IMG/VR virus record: IMGVR_UViG_3300046463_000520
Location: 1-64,000 of that record
Length of the DNA: 64,000 bases
Strand: one strand, 5' to 3'
DNA from: a virus
Shown: positions 56,939 to 64,000 of the stretch, piece after piece
How the letters are laid out: every line of letters begins with the position of its first letter
Numbering within the stretch: the stretch's first letter is position 1
The notes under the pieces: generated by a model
Database searches by the model: none
The model's input: only the letters and a program-made list of their open reading frames with translations
Told to the model about the DNA's origin: nothing
Position numbers and translations under genes: made by a program

Positions 56939-57447
56939 CGAAAATTGACCTTCACGTTTTTGCGCCCGGCGATCCTGCCGTCGGCATTGCGCACACGCAC
57001 TGGACTATCGAGAACGTCGGGCCGCTCGACGCCTATCCGAATCAGCGGGACATGGTGCGTCGTCAGTTCGAACTCGCGTTTCAGTCGCTTGCCGACGGCA
57101 AGCTGCGCCTGTTTTTCAGTGACGAGCCGGGCGCGGCGGACCCGGAACCGCAAACGCCGCAGGAACCGGGCGAATGGGACGTGCCGGGCGTCGAAGGCGG
57201 CATTGCCATCGTAAAGCGGACCCGATGGGGCAGCGCGTCGATGGAACTCTACGGCGAAGACGGCGAGCCGTTCTATGGGAGTCTGCCGGTCGATACGCCG
57301 CTGCCGGTCATCAATCAGGCGATGCACCTGATTCAGCGTGCAGAGAAGCGCGGCGAAGAATGGGGTAAGCGCAGCAAGCAATTCGAAGTTCTCAAGGTGC
57401 TCGGCATCGAGAAGCCCTTCGAACTCATGCCGAAGGTGGAAGACTGA
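56935..57447 (+). CDS. Hypothetical protein
   Basis: ATGA coupling. Confidence 0.6.
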   Translation: MTKIDLHVFAPGDPAVGIAHTHWTIENVGPLDAYPNQRDMVRRQFELAFQSLADGKLRLFFSDEPGAADPEPQTPQEPGEWDVPGVEGGIAIVKRTRWGSASMELYGEDGEPFYGSLPVDTPLPVINQAMHLIQRAEKRGEEWGKRSKQFEVLKVLGIEKPFELMPKVED

Positions 57448-57546
57448 CATGACACGCCGACCGTCATCCTGCTATCGTATGACCGTCGATTCTGCGCGGT
57501 TTCTGTGGTGGTGCTGCCCGACTCGATGACGTCCTAGGCCCTGATT

Positions 57547-57572
57547 GCCCCGCTCGCGCGGGGCTTTTTTTT
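57547..57572 (+). terminator. Rho-independent terminator
   Basis: GCCCCGC-loop-GCGGGGC followed by T8. Confidence 0.85.
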
Positions 57573-57584
57573 GGCCGCACGGCA

Positions 57585-57627
57585 TAGGAAAACGCGCGGG
57601 CGTCTTGCGGCGCGCGGCGGCGACACT
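57585..57627 (+). promoter_or_regulatory. Late-promoter motif copy
   Basis: TAGGAAAACGC; GACACT at 57622-57627. Confidence 0.75.
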
Positions 57628-57655
57628 GGACGCTGTTCTCATATCGTCCAACGCC

Positions 57656-59329
57656 ATGCCGACTCCGACCGATAGCAAGCCATCGGGCTTCGCCAAAATC
57701 AAAGCCCTGTTCGCCTCCAAGGGCGTCAACGCCGCTGAGATTGGCGACGCCGAACAACAAGACGCGCTCACCGACGGCCTGACTATCTCGATGCTGCTTG
57801 GCGCGGGCCGCTCGACCGCGCGCAACCGGCTTCAGATTTATCAGAAGCGCATCGAAATGATTGGCGACCCGATTATCTCGACCGCGCTGCGCCTGCACGT
57901 CACCGCTGCCTTGGGCGGGCACGAGACGAGCGGCGACACGGTATTCATCGAAGCGACCGGCGACGCGAAGAAGGACAAAAACAAAAAGCGCATCGCCGAA
58001 GAAATCTCGAAAGACTTGGCTCCGATTTTCAACCGCATCGCCTACACCGTGGCCTTCAACGGCGCGGGCTTCGGCGACGCCTACGGGCGCGTCTATACGG
58101 CGGGCAAGCTCGGGGTCGTGGACGTCTACTGTGACGAGCTAGTGCATCCGTCGATGATTACCGCCTACGAGCGCGGCAACACGACGATGGGCTTCGTCGC
58201 GGCGAGCGGCCCGAAATCGACGGTCAAGCTGAATCTGTTCCAGATGGCGCGTTTGAAAATGCCGCGCATGATTTACGTGCCGCAGGTCCGCGCAATGGAG
58301 AAGGCCATTCGGACCGCGCTCGATACCGACGATATCAACGAACTGCCGTTCATGCCGTCCCTTGTCGGCGGCTCGTTTCTCGATGCCGCAGAAGGCCCGT
58401 ATGACGCCCTTCAAGCGGCGATGGTCGGTCTAGTCGGGCAGCGCGTGCTTGATTCGATTGACGAGTCGATGATGACGGTCAACATGGACGGCATGACCAA
58501 AGAGCAACGCGGCTCGTTCATGGCGAACATGAAGTCGATTCTGTCGGCGTCCAAGCAACGCGCGGAACAGGCGATCAAGCAGGGCCGTCCGGTACTCGAA
58601 CGCATCTATCACCTGATTCCGACTTGGGGCGACAAGCAAATGACCGCCCTGAATGGCTCGCTCGCGACGGGCGGCGGGCGCGGGCAGTCGGGCACTTTGT
58701 CTATCGAAGACGTCTTGTTCTACGCGAAGCTGCTCTCTGGCGCGCTTGGCGTGGACTTGTCGATGCTCGGCTTCTCCGAACTGCTGTCGGGCGGCTTGGG
58801 GGATGGCGGGTTCTTCCGCACGAGCGCGCAGGCGGCGGAACGCTCGCGCCTGATTCGCGTGGGCCTGTCGGAGTTTTTCAATCACATCATCGACGTCCAT
58901 ACGCAATTCAAGTATGGGCTTGTGTTCCCGCCTGACGAACGTCCGTGGGAAGTCAACTTCTACGGCACGATTTCCGCGCTCGAAAGCGAGAAGCAGAAGA
59001 CCCGCACGGAAGCGCAGAACACGGGCGCGCTGCTGCTGCAATCGCTCGAAAGCATCAAAAACTTGGGAATGAAAGACCCGAAGGCCATCGAAGAAATCCT
59101 CGCGAAAATCATGCTGCTGGACGAAGACCAAGCCGCGCTGATTACGAAGGCGATCATCGAAGCGATCAAGTCGGGCGAAGAACAGGACGCGGAAGGCGGC
59201 GGCGGGTTTGGCGGCGGCGGTGACATGGGCGGCGGGCCGGTCGGCAACGCGGGCGGCACGCCTGCGCCTGCCCTGCCGAAAGCCAAGCCTAAGAAGAAGG
59301 AAGCCGCCGCAGACGAGGAAACCGCCTAA
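57656..59329 (+). CDS. prt: Portal protein (P1 Prt-like)
   Basis: EMIGDPIISTALRLHV.AAL; FGDAYGR; GGSFL; LGVDLSMLGF..LSGGLGDGGFFRTS. Confidence 0.8.
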   Translation: MPTPTDSKPSGFAKIKALFASKGVNAAEIGDAEQQDALTDGLTISMLLGAGRSTARNRLQIYQKRIEMIGDPIISTALRLHVTAALGGHETSGDTVFIEATGDAKKDKNKKRIAEEISKDLAPIFNRIAYTVAFNGAGFGDAYGRVYTAGKLGVVDVYCDELVHPSMITAYERGNTTMGFVAASGPKSTVKLNLFQMARLKMPRMIYVPQVRAMEKAIRTALDTDDINELPFMPSLVGGSFLDAAEGPYDALQAAMVGLVGQRVLDSIDESMMTVNMDGMTKEQRGSFMANMKSILSASKQRAEQAIKQGRPVLERIYHLIPTWGDKQMTALNGSLATGGGRGQSGTLSIEDVLFYAKLLSGALGVDLSMLGFSELLSGGLGDGGFFRTSAQAAERSRLIRVGLSEFFNHIIDVHTQFKYGLVFPPDERPWEVNFYGTISALESEKQKTRTEAQNTGALLLQSLESIKNLGMKDPKAIEEILAKIMLLDEDQAALITKAIIEAIKSGEEQDAEGGGGFGGGGDMGGGPVGNAGGTPAPALPKAKPKKKEAAADEETA

Positions 59330-60174
59330 TGTCCATCTTTGACGAAGTGGAAAACCGGGTCGTCCAATCGACCACTTCGAGCCTGTCGCAACTGAAGGGC
59401 ACGATTGCGGGCTTCTCGCCCTTGGGCGCGGGCACGGCGGTGCTCAAGCAAGCCGTCGGCAAGCTCGCGCCGTCGGCATCGGGCGTGCTCGACAAGGCCC
59501 TGCGCGGCGACTTTACGGGCGCGGCATTCGATGCCGTCAACAAGGTCGCGGGCAACGCCATCACGAAGCTGCTCGCGGGCGGCACGAGCGGCGACATTCT
59601 GTTCAACGGCCTGCCGAATCCGCTGCTTGGCGGCATCACGCCGTTTCAGGCCGCGCAAATGGTGACGGAAATCGCGAGCACGAACTACGCGAAGAAGAAC
59701 CTGTATTTCATCGAAATCACCGACTACGCAAGCCCGCTTGACGACCAAAACGCATCGGGCCTGTTCAACATGTTCTGCACGAGCGTGTCCATTGGCGGCG
59801 GCAACATCATGGGCGAAGCGCACGGCATCGGCTCGGCACAGATGGACATTGTGAATGGCGGCGAGCGCGACGAAATCCGTGTGACGACGTATGACGACGC
59901 CTACGGGCAAATCAAGCGCTGGTTCAACAAGCGGCGAAGCCTCGCGATCCACGCCGACGGCACGTTCGGTTTGCCTGCGGACTACCTGTTGCGCCTGCGC
60001 ATCCTGCACGCCGCCGTGAATGACGAAGTTATGGCGCTGTTCGGCGGGTACGAAGAATCGTACATCGTGCGCCCGGTCGGTCTGGAAACCGAACTCTCGC
60101 GCACGGAAGACGGCCTGCAAGAAATCCAACTGTCGTTCTCGCAGTTCGATACGTTCATGTTCAATCAAGGGTAG
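59329..60174 (+). CDS. Tail/baseplate morphogenesis protein (PmgB-like, tube-fold)
   Basis: Upstream of the tape measure gene; beta-rich C-half. Confidence 0.5.
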   Translation: MSIFDEVENRVVQSTTSSLSQLKGTIAGFSPLGAGTAVLKQAVGKLAPSASGVLDKALRGDFTGAAFDAVNKVAGNAITKLLAGGTSGDILFNGLPNPLLGGITPFQAAQMVTEIASTNYAKKNLYFIEITDYASPLDDQNASGLFNMFCTSVSIGGGNIMGEAHGIGSAQMDIVNGGERDEIRVTTYDDAYGQIKRWFNKRRSLAIHADGTFGLPADYLLRLRILHAAVNDEVMALFGGYEESYIVRPVGLETELSRTEDGLQEIQLSFSQFDTFMFNQG

Positions 60175-60177
60175 TAA

Positions 60178-62799
60178 ATGAAGGCTGACGCTAACGGGTT
60201 CCTGATTGCCGACCGCGCGATTTCGGTCGAGTCGCTTGCGGGCGCAATGAAGGGCGTGAAGGGCGACACGGCGGCGATTCTCGCGCTGCTGAAGGTCGGC
60301 GCACGCGCAACGATCACGCAACGCGCGCGCGTGCTCAATTCGGGCGCGAGTCGCGGCCCGTCGGCGGGCTTGATGGGCGAACGCCTGCCGCCGCCGTCGG
60401 TCGCGCGCGATGAAACCGGCAAGTCGCTGGCGCGCGTCGCGGCGGCAATGGCGCGCGAGCGCGACGAGCGCGGGCGCTTCAAGCCCTACCCGACCGCCGA
60501 ACTGACCGAAGTCGCGAAGGCGGTGAAGGACATGACGCGCCGCCAAGCTGCCGAACACGCGGAAGAAAAGCGCGAGCGCGCGAAACGGTCGAGCAAGGGC
60601 GCGGATAGCGCGCAGGGCGGGCCGGATAGCTCCGCGCAGTCGTCGGGCGCGGGCAACGGCGGCAAGCCGCCACGCGGCCCGCAAAGCGGCAGCGCTACGC
60701 CCCTGCAAGCGGGCGCGAACAATGGCAACGCGGATGCGACGCGCGACGCGCGCGGGCGCTTCGTCGGCAAGGGCGGCGGCGCGGGCAGTGACGGCGAAGG
60801 GTCGAGCAACGCGGGCGGGGGGCGCGCGAAGCGTGAGCGCGACGGCGACGGCGTGTTCTCGAAAATGAAGGACTGGTTCAAGGGCTTCGGCGGCATGAAA
60901 GGGCCGCAAATGCCCGGCATGGAAGGTTATGAGAAGGTCGATCCGACCGTCGAAGCGAGCAAGGAACTCGGCAGCATGATTAAGGCCCCGCTCGCGGCGG
61001 TCGGCACCGTCGGCAAGGCGGTCGTCGGGCGCGGCTTCAGCGCGGCATCCAAGCTGCCTGCCGCGCCGTGGTATCGGCGCATCCTGCGCGAACTGCACCT
61101 GTTCCGTGACGAGTCGAGCGCATTCGGCAACGCGGAAACGCGCGTGCTGAAGGAAATCGAGCGCAAGACGGGCGGCGGGCCGGGCGCGCAGGGCGGCGGC
61201 GGCATCATGGGCGCGCTTGGCGGGATGCTCGGCAAGGGCGGCGGCGGGCTTATGTCGCTGCTTGGCGGCGGGCTGAAGCTCGGCAAGGGAATGCTCAAGC
61301 GCCTGCCGCTTTTGGGCGCGCTGTTCGCGGGCGGCTCCGCGCTCGCGTCGATTTTCGGCGGCGACGACCCGAATAAGTCGCCGGAAGAAAACCGTAAATC
61401 GCGCTTCGAAGGCGCGGGGTCCGGCATCGGCGCGATCATCGGCGGCGGGCTTGGCATGTTCCTCGGACCTGTGGGCGCGATGATTGGCGGCGTCATCGGC
61501 GATAAGGTCGGCGAACTCGTCGGCGCATGGCTTGCGACCGTCGATTGGAGCAAGGTCGGCGACACGATCACGAGCGCATGGGATGGCGCGGTTGCGACCG
61601 TCAAAGATACGTGGAAGACCGTCACCGACGAACTCGGCAAGGTCACGAAGACCGTTTCTGACGCGTGGAATGGCGTCATCGACGGCGCGAAGGCATGGCT
61701 GAAAGACAAGCTCGGCATCGACGTCGATGCAGGCGTCGCTAAAGCCAAGGAAATGGCGGGCGCAGCGGCGGACTACGTGAAAGAGAAGGCCGCGCCGGTC
61801 GTGGATGCCGTCACAACCGCCGCGAAGCCGGTTGTCGAAGCCGTGAAGGGCGGCGCGCAGGCGGCGGTCGATTACGGCAAGGAACGCGTCGAAAAGATGG
61901 CCGCGCCGATTGCGACCGCAACGGCGAACGCGCTCGACTACGGCAAGGGGCTATTCGGCGGCGGCTCGAAGGGCAACAAGGCCGCAGTCATGGCCGAAGC
62001 GCAAAAGATCACGGACCCGAATGAACGCGCGATGTTTCTCGCGCAGGTCGATCACGAATCGGGCGGGTTCCGCTCGACCGTCGAGAACACGAACTACAAG
62101 GCGAAGGGCTTTCTCGCCAACTTCGGCGCGCGCAATCACATCACGACCGAAGCGCAGGCGCAGGCGATTCTGGACAAGGGCGACGATGCCAAGCTCGAAG
62201 CCATGTACGGCGGCGCATGGGGCAAGAAGAACCTCGGCAACACGGAAGCGGGCGACGCGGCGAAGTTCAAGGGGCGCGGGGTCATGCAGCTTACCGGTCG
62301 CTCGAACTACACGGCGGCAGGTAAGGCGCTCGGCCTCGACTTGGTGAATCACCCTGAACTGCTCGAAGACCCGGCAGTGTCGGCAAAGGCCGCGCTCTGG
62401 TATTGGAACTCTCGCAAGGGTCTGTCTGCCGCAGGCAAGGCGGGCGACGTGAGCGCGGCGACCGCCGCCATCAACGGCGGGCACATCGGGGAAGCGGACC
62501 GAAAGGCGAAGTACGGCACCTATCTCGCCGCGATCAAGGCGGGCGACGCGTCGGTTGCGGCTCCCTCGATGCCCGCGCCGACGGCGACGGTTGCCGCCGC
62601 CGCGCCGCCGCCCGCGCCGCCTGTGCCGCCCTCACCGGTCGCGCCCGCTACCGCGCCGCCGACGGTTTCCGCCGACATTCCGCAACCGCTCAACTCGCCC
62701 GGCCCTATCGACGTCCGAGTATCGCAAGACTCGACTGTGGGACAAGACCTATCAGACCGCCGATTGGCGCAAATCGCAACGGGCGGGATTTCCGCGTAA
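60178..62799 (+). CDS. Tape-measure-like protein with C-terminal GH19 lytic domain
   Basis: Gly-rich TM region, W-spaced helical repeats, RDxRGRF motifs; FLAQVDHESGG, GRGVMQLTGRSNY, WYW, INGG. Confidence 0.8.
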   Translation: MKADANGFLIADRAISVESLAGAMKGVKGDTAAILALLKVGARATITQRARVLNSGASRGPSAGLMGERLPPPSVARDETGKSLARVAAAMARERDERGRFKPYPTAELTEVAKAVKDMTRRQAAEHAEEKRERAKRSSKGADSAQGGPDSSAQSSGAGNGGKPPRGPQSGSATPLQAGANNGNADATRDARGRFVGKGGGAGSDGEGSSNAGGGRAKRERDGDGVFSKMKDWFKGFGGMKGPQMPGMEGYEKVDPTVEASKELGSMIKAPLAAVGTVGKAVVGRGFSAASKLPAAPWYRRILRELHLFRDESSAFGNAETRVLKEIERKTGGGPGAQGGGGIMGALGGMLGKGGGGLMSLLGGGLKLGKGMLKRLPLLGALFAGGSALASIFGGDDPNKSPEENRKSRFEGAGSGIGAIIGGGLGMFLGPVGAMIGGVIGDKVGELVGAWLATVDWSKVGDTITSAWDGAVATVKDTWKTVTDELGKVTKTVSDAWNGVIDGAKAWLKDKLGIDVDAGVAKAKEMAGAAADYVKEKAAPVVDAVTTAAKPVVEAVKGGAQAAVDYGKERVEKMAAPIATATANALDYGKGLFGGGSKGNKAAVMAEAQKITDPNERAMFLAQVDHESGGFRSTVENTNYKAKGFLANFGARNHITTEAQAQAILDKGDDAKLEAMYGGAWGKKNLGNTEAGDAAKFKGRGVMQLTGRSNYTAAGKALGLDLVNHPELLEDPAVSAKAALWYWNSRKGLSAAGKAGDVSAATAAINGGHIGEADRKAKYGTYLAAIKAGDASVAAPSMPAPTATVAAAAPPPAPPVPPSPVAPATAPPTVSADIPQPLNSPGPIDVRVSQDSTVGQDLSDRRLAQIATGGISA

Positions 62800-62922
62800 A
62801 AACAATGACCTGCGGGGCCTGTGTGTGGCGGCGCACATAGGCCCTAAAAAATCCGTTAGGAAATATCGCATCGTCTTGTCAATATTCTGCTCACACTTCG
62901 TTACATAGGGTCTGACGCCGTT

Positions 62923-63363
62923 ATGAAGCCGCCTAAGAGCATTCTCGCCGCCGTCGTCATCAGTTCGCTCGCGTGTTTGGGGGCCGTGCAAACGGCGCGT
63001 GCGGACCAAAACAACATCGACGCGGCGATGAAACAGGCTGTGACGGATTACAAGGCGGGCGGGGCAAACGCCATGTCGGACCGCGCGAAGTTTTGCTATG
63101 ACGCTGTGGACTATCGTCGTGGCAACGAGGGAGCGGCAAAGGCTGTCGAATACTGCATGTCGTATGAGTTTGCCGCTGTGTCTATCCTGTCCACGCTCAA
63201 AAAATACGACCCCTACGCCGGGTATTTCAACGGCTTGGACGTGATTTTTCGGGCGGCGCGGTACACAGAAAAGGCTCGCGTAGTTGTGCTGCCGGAACAG
63301 TTTGATCCGTTCTGGAAGCCGCGTAGCGAGTACATACACAAGGCCATACCGGGGATGCTGTAA
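62923..63363 (+). CDS. Secreted/periplasmic protein (moron-like)
   Basis: Signal peptide ending ARA; atypical codons; own terminator. Confidence 0.7.
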   Translation: MKPPKSILAAVVISSLACLGAVQTARADQNNIDAAMKQAVTDYKAGGANAMSDRAKFCYDAVDYRRGNEGAAKAVEYCMSYEFAAVSILSTLKKYDPYAGYFNGLDVIFRAARYTEKARVVVLPEQFDPFWKPRSEYIHKAIPGML

Positions 63364-63395
63364 CAGACCGCGCGAGACGGTCCACCGCCACTTTG

Positions 63396-63422
63396 AAGCC
63401 CGCCTAGCAAGCGGGCTTTTTC
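63396..63422 (+). terminator. Rho-independent terminator
   Basis: AAGCCCGC-loop-GCGGGCTT followed by T tract. Confidence 0.8.
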
Positions 63423-63445
63423 CATTGGCGCGCGCTTTTTTGAGC

Positions 63446-63488
63446 TAGGAAAACGCAAAGGGGTCATCGCAAAAACGCCTTCGAGAAT
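63446..63488 (+). promoter_or_regulatory. Late-promoter motif copy
   Basis: TAGGAAAACGC; GAGAAT at 63483-63488. Confidence 0.75.
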
Positions 63489-63522
63489 GGGTTTGCAAAC
63501 TTCCATTCATTCGGGCGAAAAG

Positions 63523-64000
63523 ATGACTCTCAATACCGATACCTACCTCGGTCAAGCTCTGAACCAATTGCAGACCTTCGGCGACAAGTCGATTTCGTCC
63601 GACGCGACGATGGTCATTGACGGGTTCGAGCAATACCGCTTCCTGTTCAAGCAGTTCCCGCAACCGACCCTTTCGAGCGCAGGCGAAATCGAAATCGCCG
63701 GTCCGATGGGCATTGCGACCTTCCAACCGCAGCAAGCGAAGATCAATCAGCAAGGTCAAGTCTCGATGTATGAGACGGTGGACGGCGACGCTGAAAAGCT
63801 CCAACGCGCAATCATGGCGAAGGGCGGACGCTTCGACGCGACGATTTACGAAGGCACGCTCGAAAAGCACACGCGCGGCTGGCGCATCTACAAGTGCTTC
63901 GTGCAACTCGACAACCCGGACCGCGATTGGGAAAACCGTGGTCAGGTCACGATGCTGTCGGGCACGATGTTCTTCCACTACACCGGCGAAACGCTGCCCG
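63523..64000 (+). CDS. Tail tube-like protein (P1 BplB-type), 3' partial; not in ORF track
   Basis: Open frame MTLNTDTYLG...KQFPQP...EIAGPMG...DRDWENRGQ...LSGTMFFHY to the window end. Confidence 0.65.
   Translation, partial: MTLNTDTYLGQALNQLQTFGDKSISSDATMVIDGFEQYRFLFKQFPQPTLSSAGEIEIAGPMGIATFQPQQAKINQQGQVSMYETVDGDAEKLQRAIMAKGGRFDATIYEGTLEKHTRGWRIYKCFVQLDNPDRDWENRGQVTMLSGTMFFHYTGETLP

Larger units (their letters stand above)
1..64000. mobile_element. Segment of a P1/D6-like myophage, probably a phage-plasmid
   Basis: P1-type terminase, portal, Pro protease, baseplate, DarA/DarB and tail genes; TA module; no host housekeeping genes; no element ends visible. Confidence 0.9.

Noticed and set aside
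62857-62868. TAGGAAATATCG as an eleventh late promoter
   Set aside because: The core deviates from AGGAAAAC and there is no xAxxxT hexamer at the 36-nt offset
1-64000. tRNA, rRNA, CRISPR array, integrase/transposase, loxP-like site
   Set aside because: No T-loop/anticodon-arm pattern, repeat-spacer array or recombinase motif was found by eye; tRNAscan-SE and HMM searches would be needed to exclude them

Overview
The whole window reads as part of a high-GC, P1/D6-like tailed phage, probably a phage-plasmid of a Betaproteobacterium (the host is inferred). No host housekeeping genes are visible. The late (virion) modules are all on the + strand: terminase small and large subunits, portal, prohead protease, baseplate, tail-completion and tube proteins, a tape-measure protein with a GH19 lytic domain, and a tail fibre with its chaperone. 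Three extra fibre/spike genes include a ~174-triplet collagen rod tipped with an SGNH esterase. An expanded DarA/Ddr/DarB/Ulx-like locus encodes capsid-packaged anti-restriction proteins. Between these modules lie clusters of small early/accessory genes (dUTPase, Lar-like, NinX-like, DUF551, ParB-like, HTH proteins) and a MazF/MazE-like toxin-antitoxin pair. Two regulatory motifs are readable directly. The first is a 10-copy late-promoter motif, (T)AGGAAAACGC, with a -10-like hexamer starting exactly 36 nt after its first A. The second is a 4-5-copy sigma70 early promoter carrying an internal inverted repeat; the two types are often back-to-back. Other notable signals are shared docking modules and a candidate hydrophobic-Asp processing motif among the Dar cargo proteins, two structured non-coding RNA candidates (about 7851-8119 on - and 16560-16789 on +), and apparent avoidance of CCWGG and several 6-bp palindromes. 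Major capsid, sheath, replicon, repressor and late-activator genes were not recognised in this window. All family assignments come from motif recognition by eye, not from database searches.
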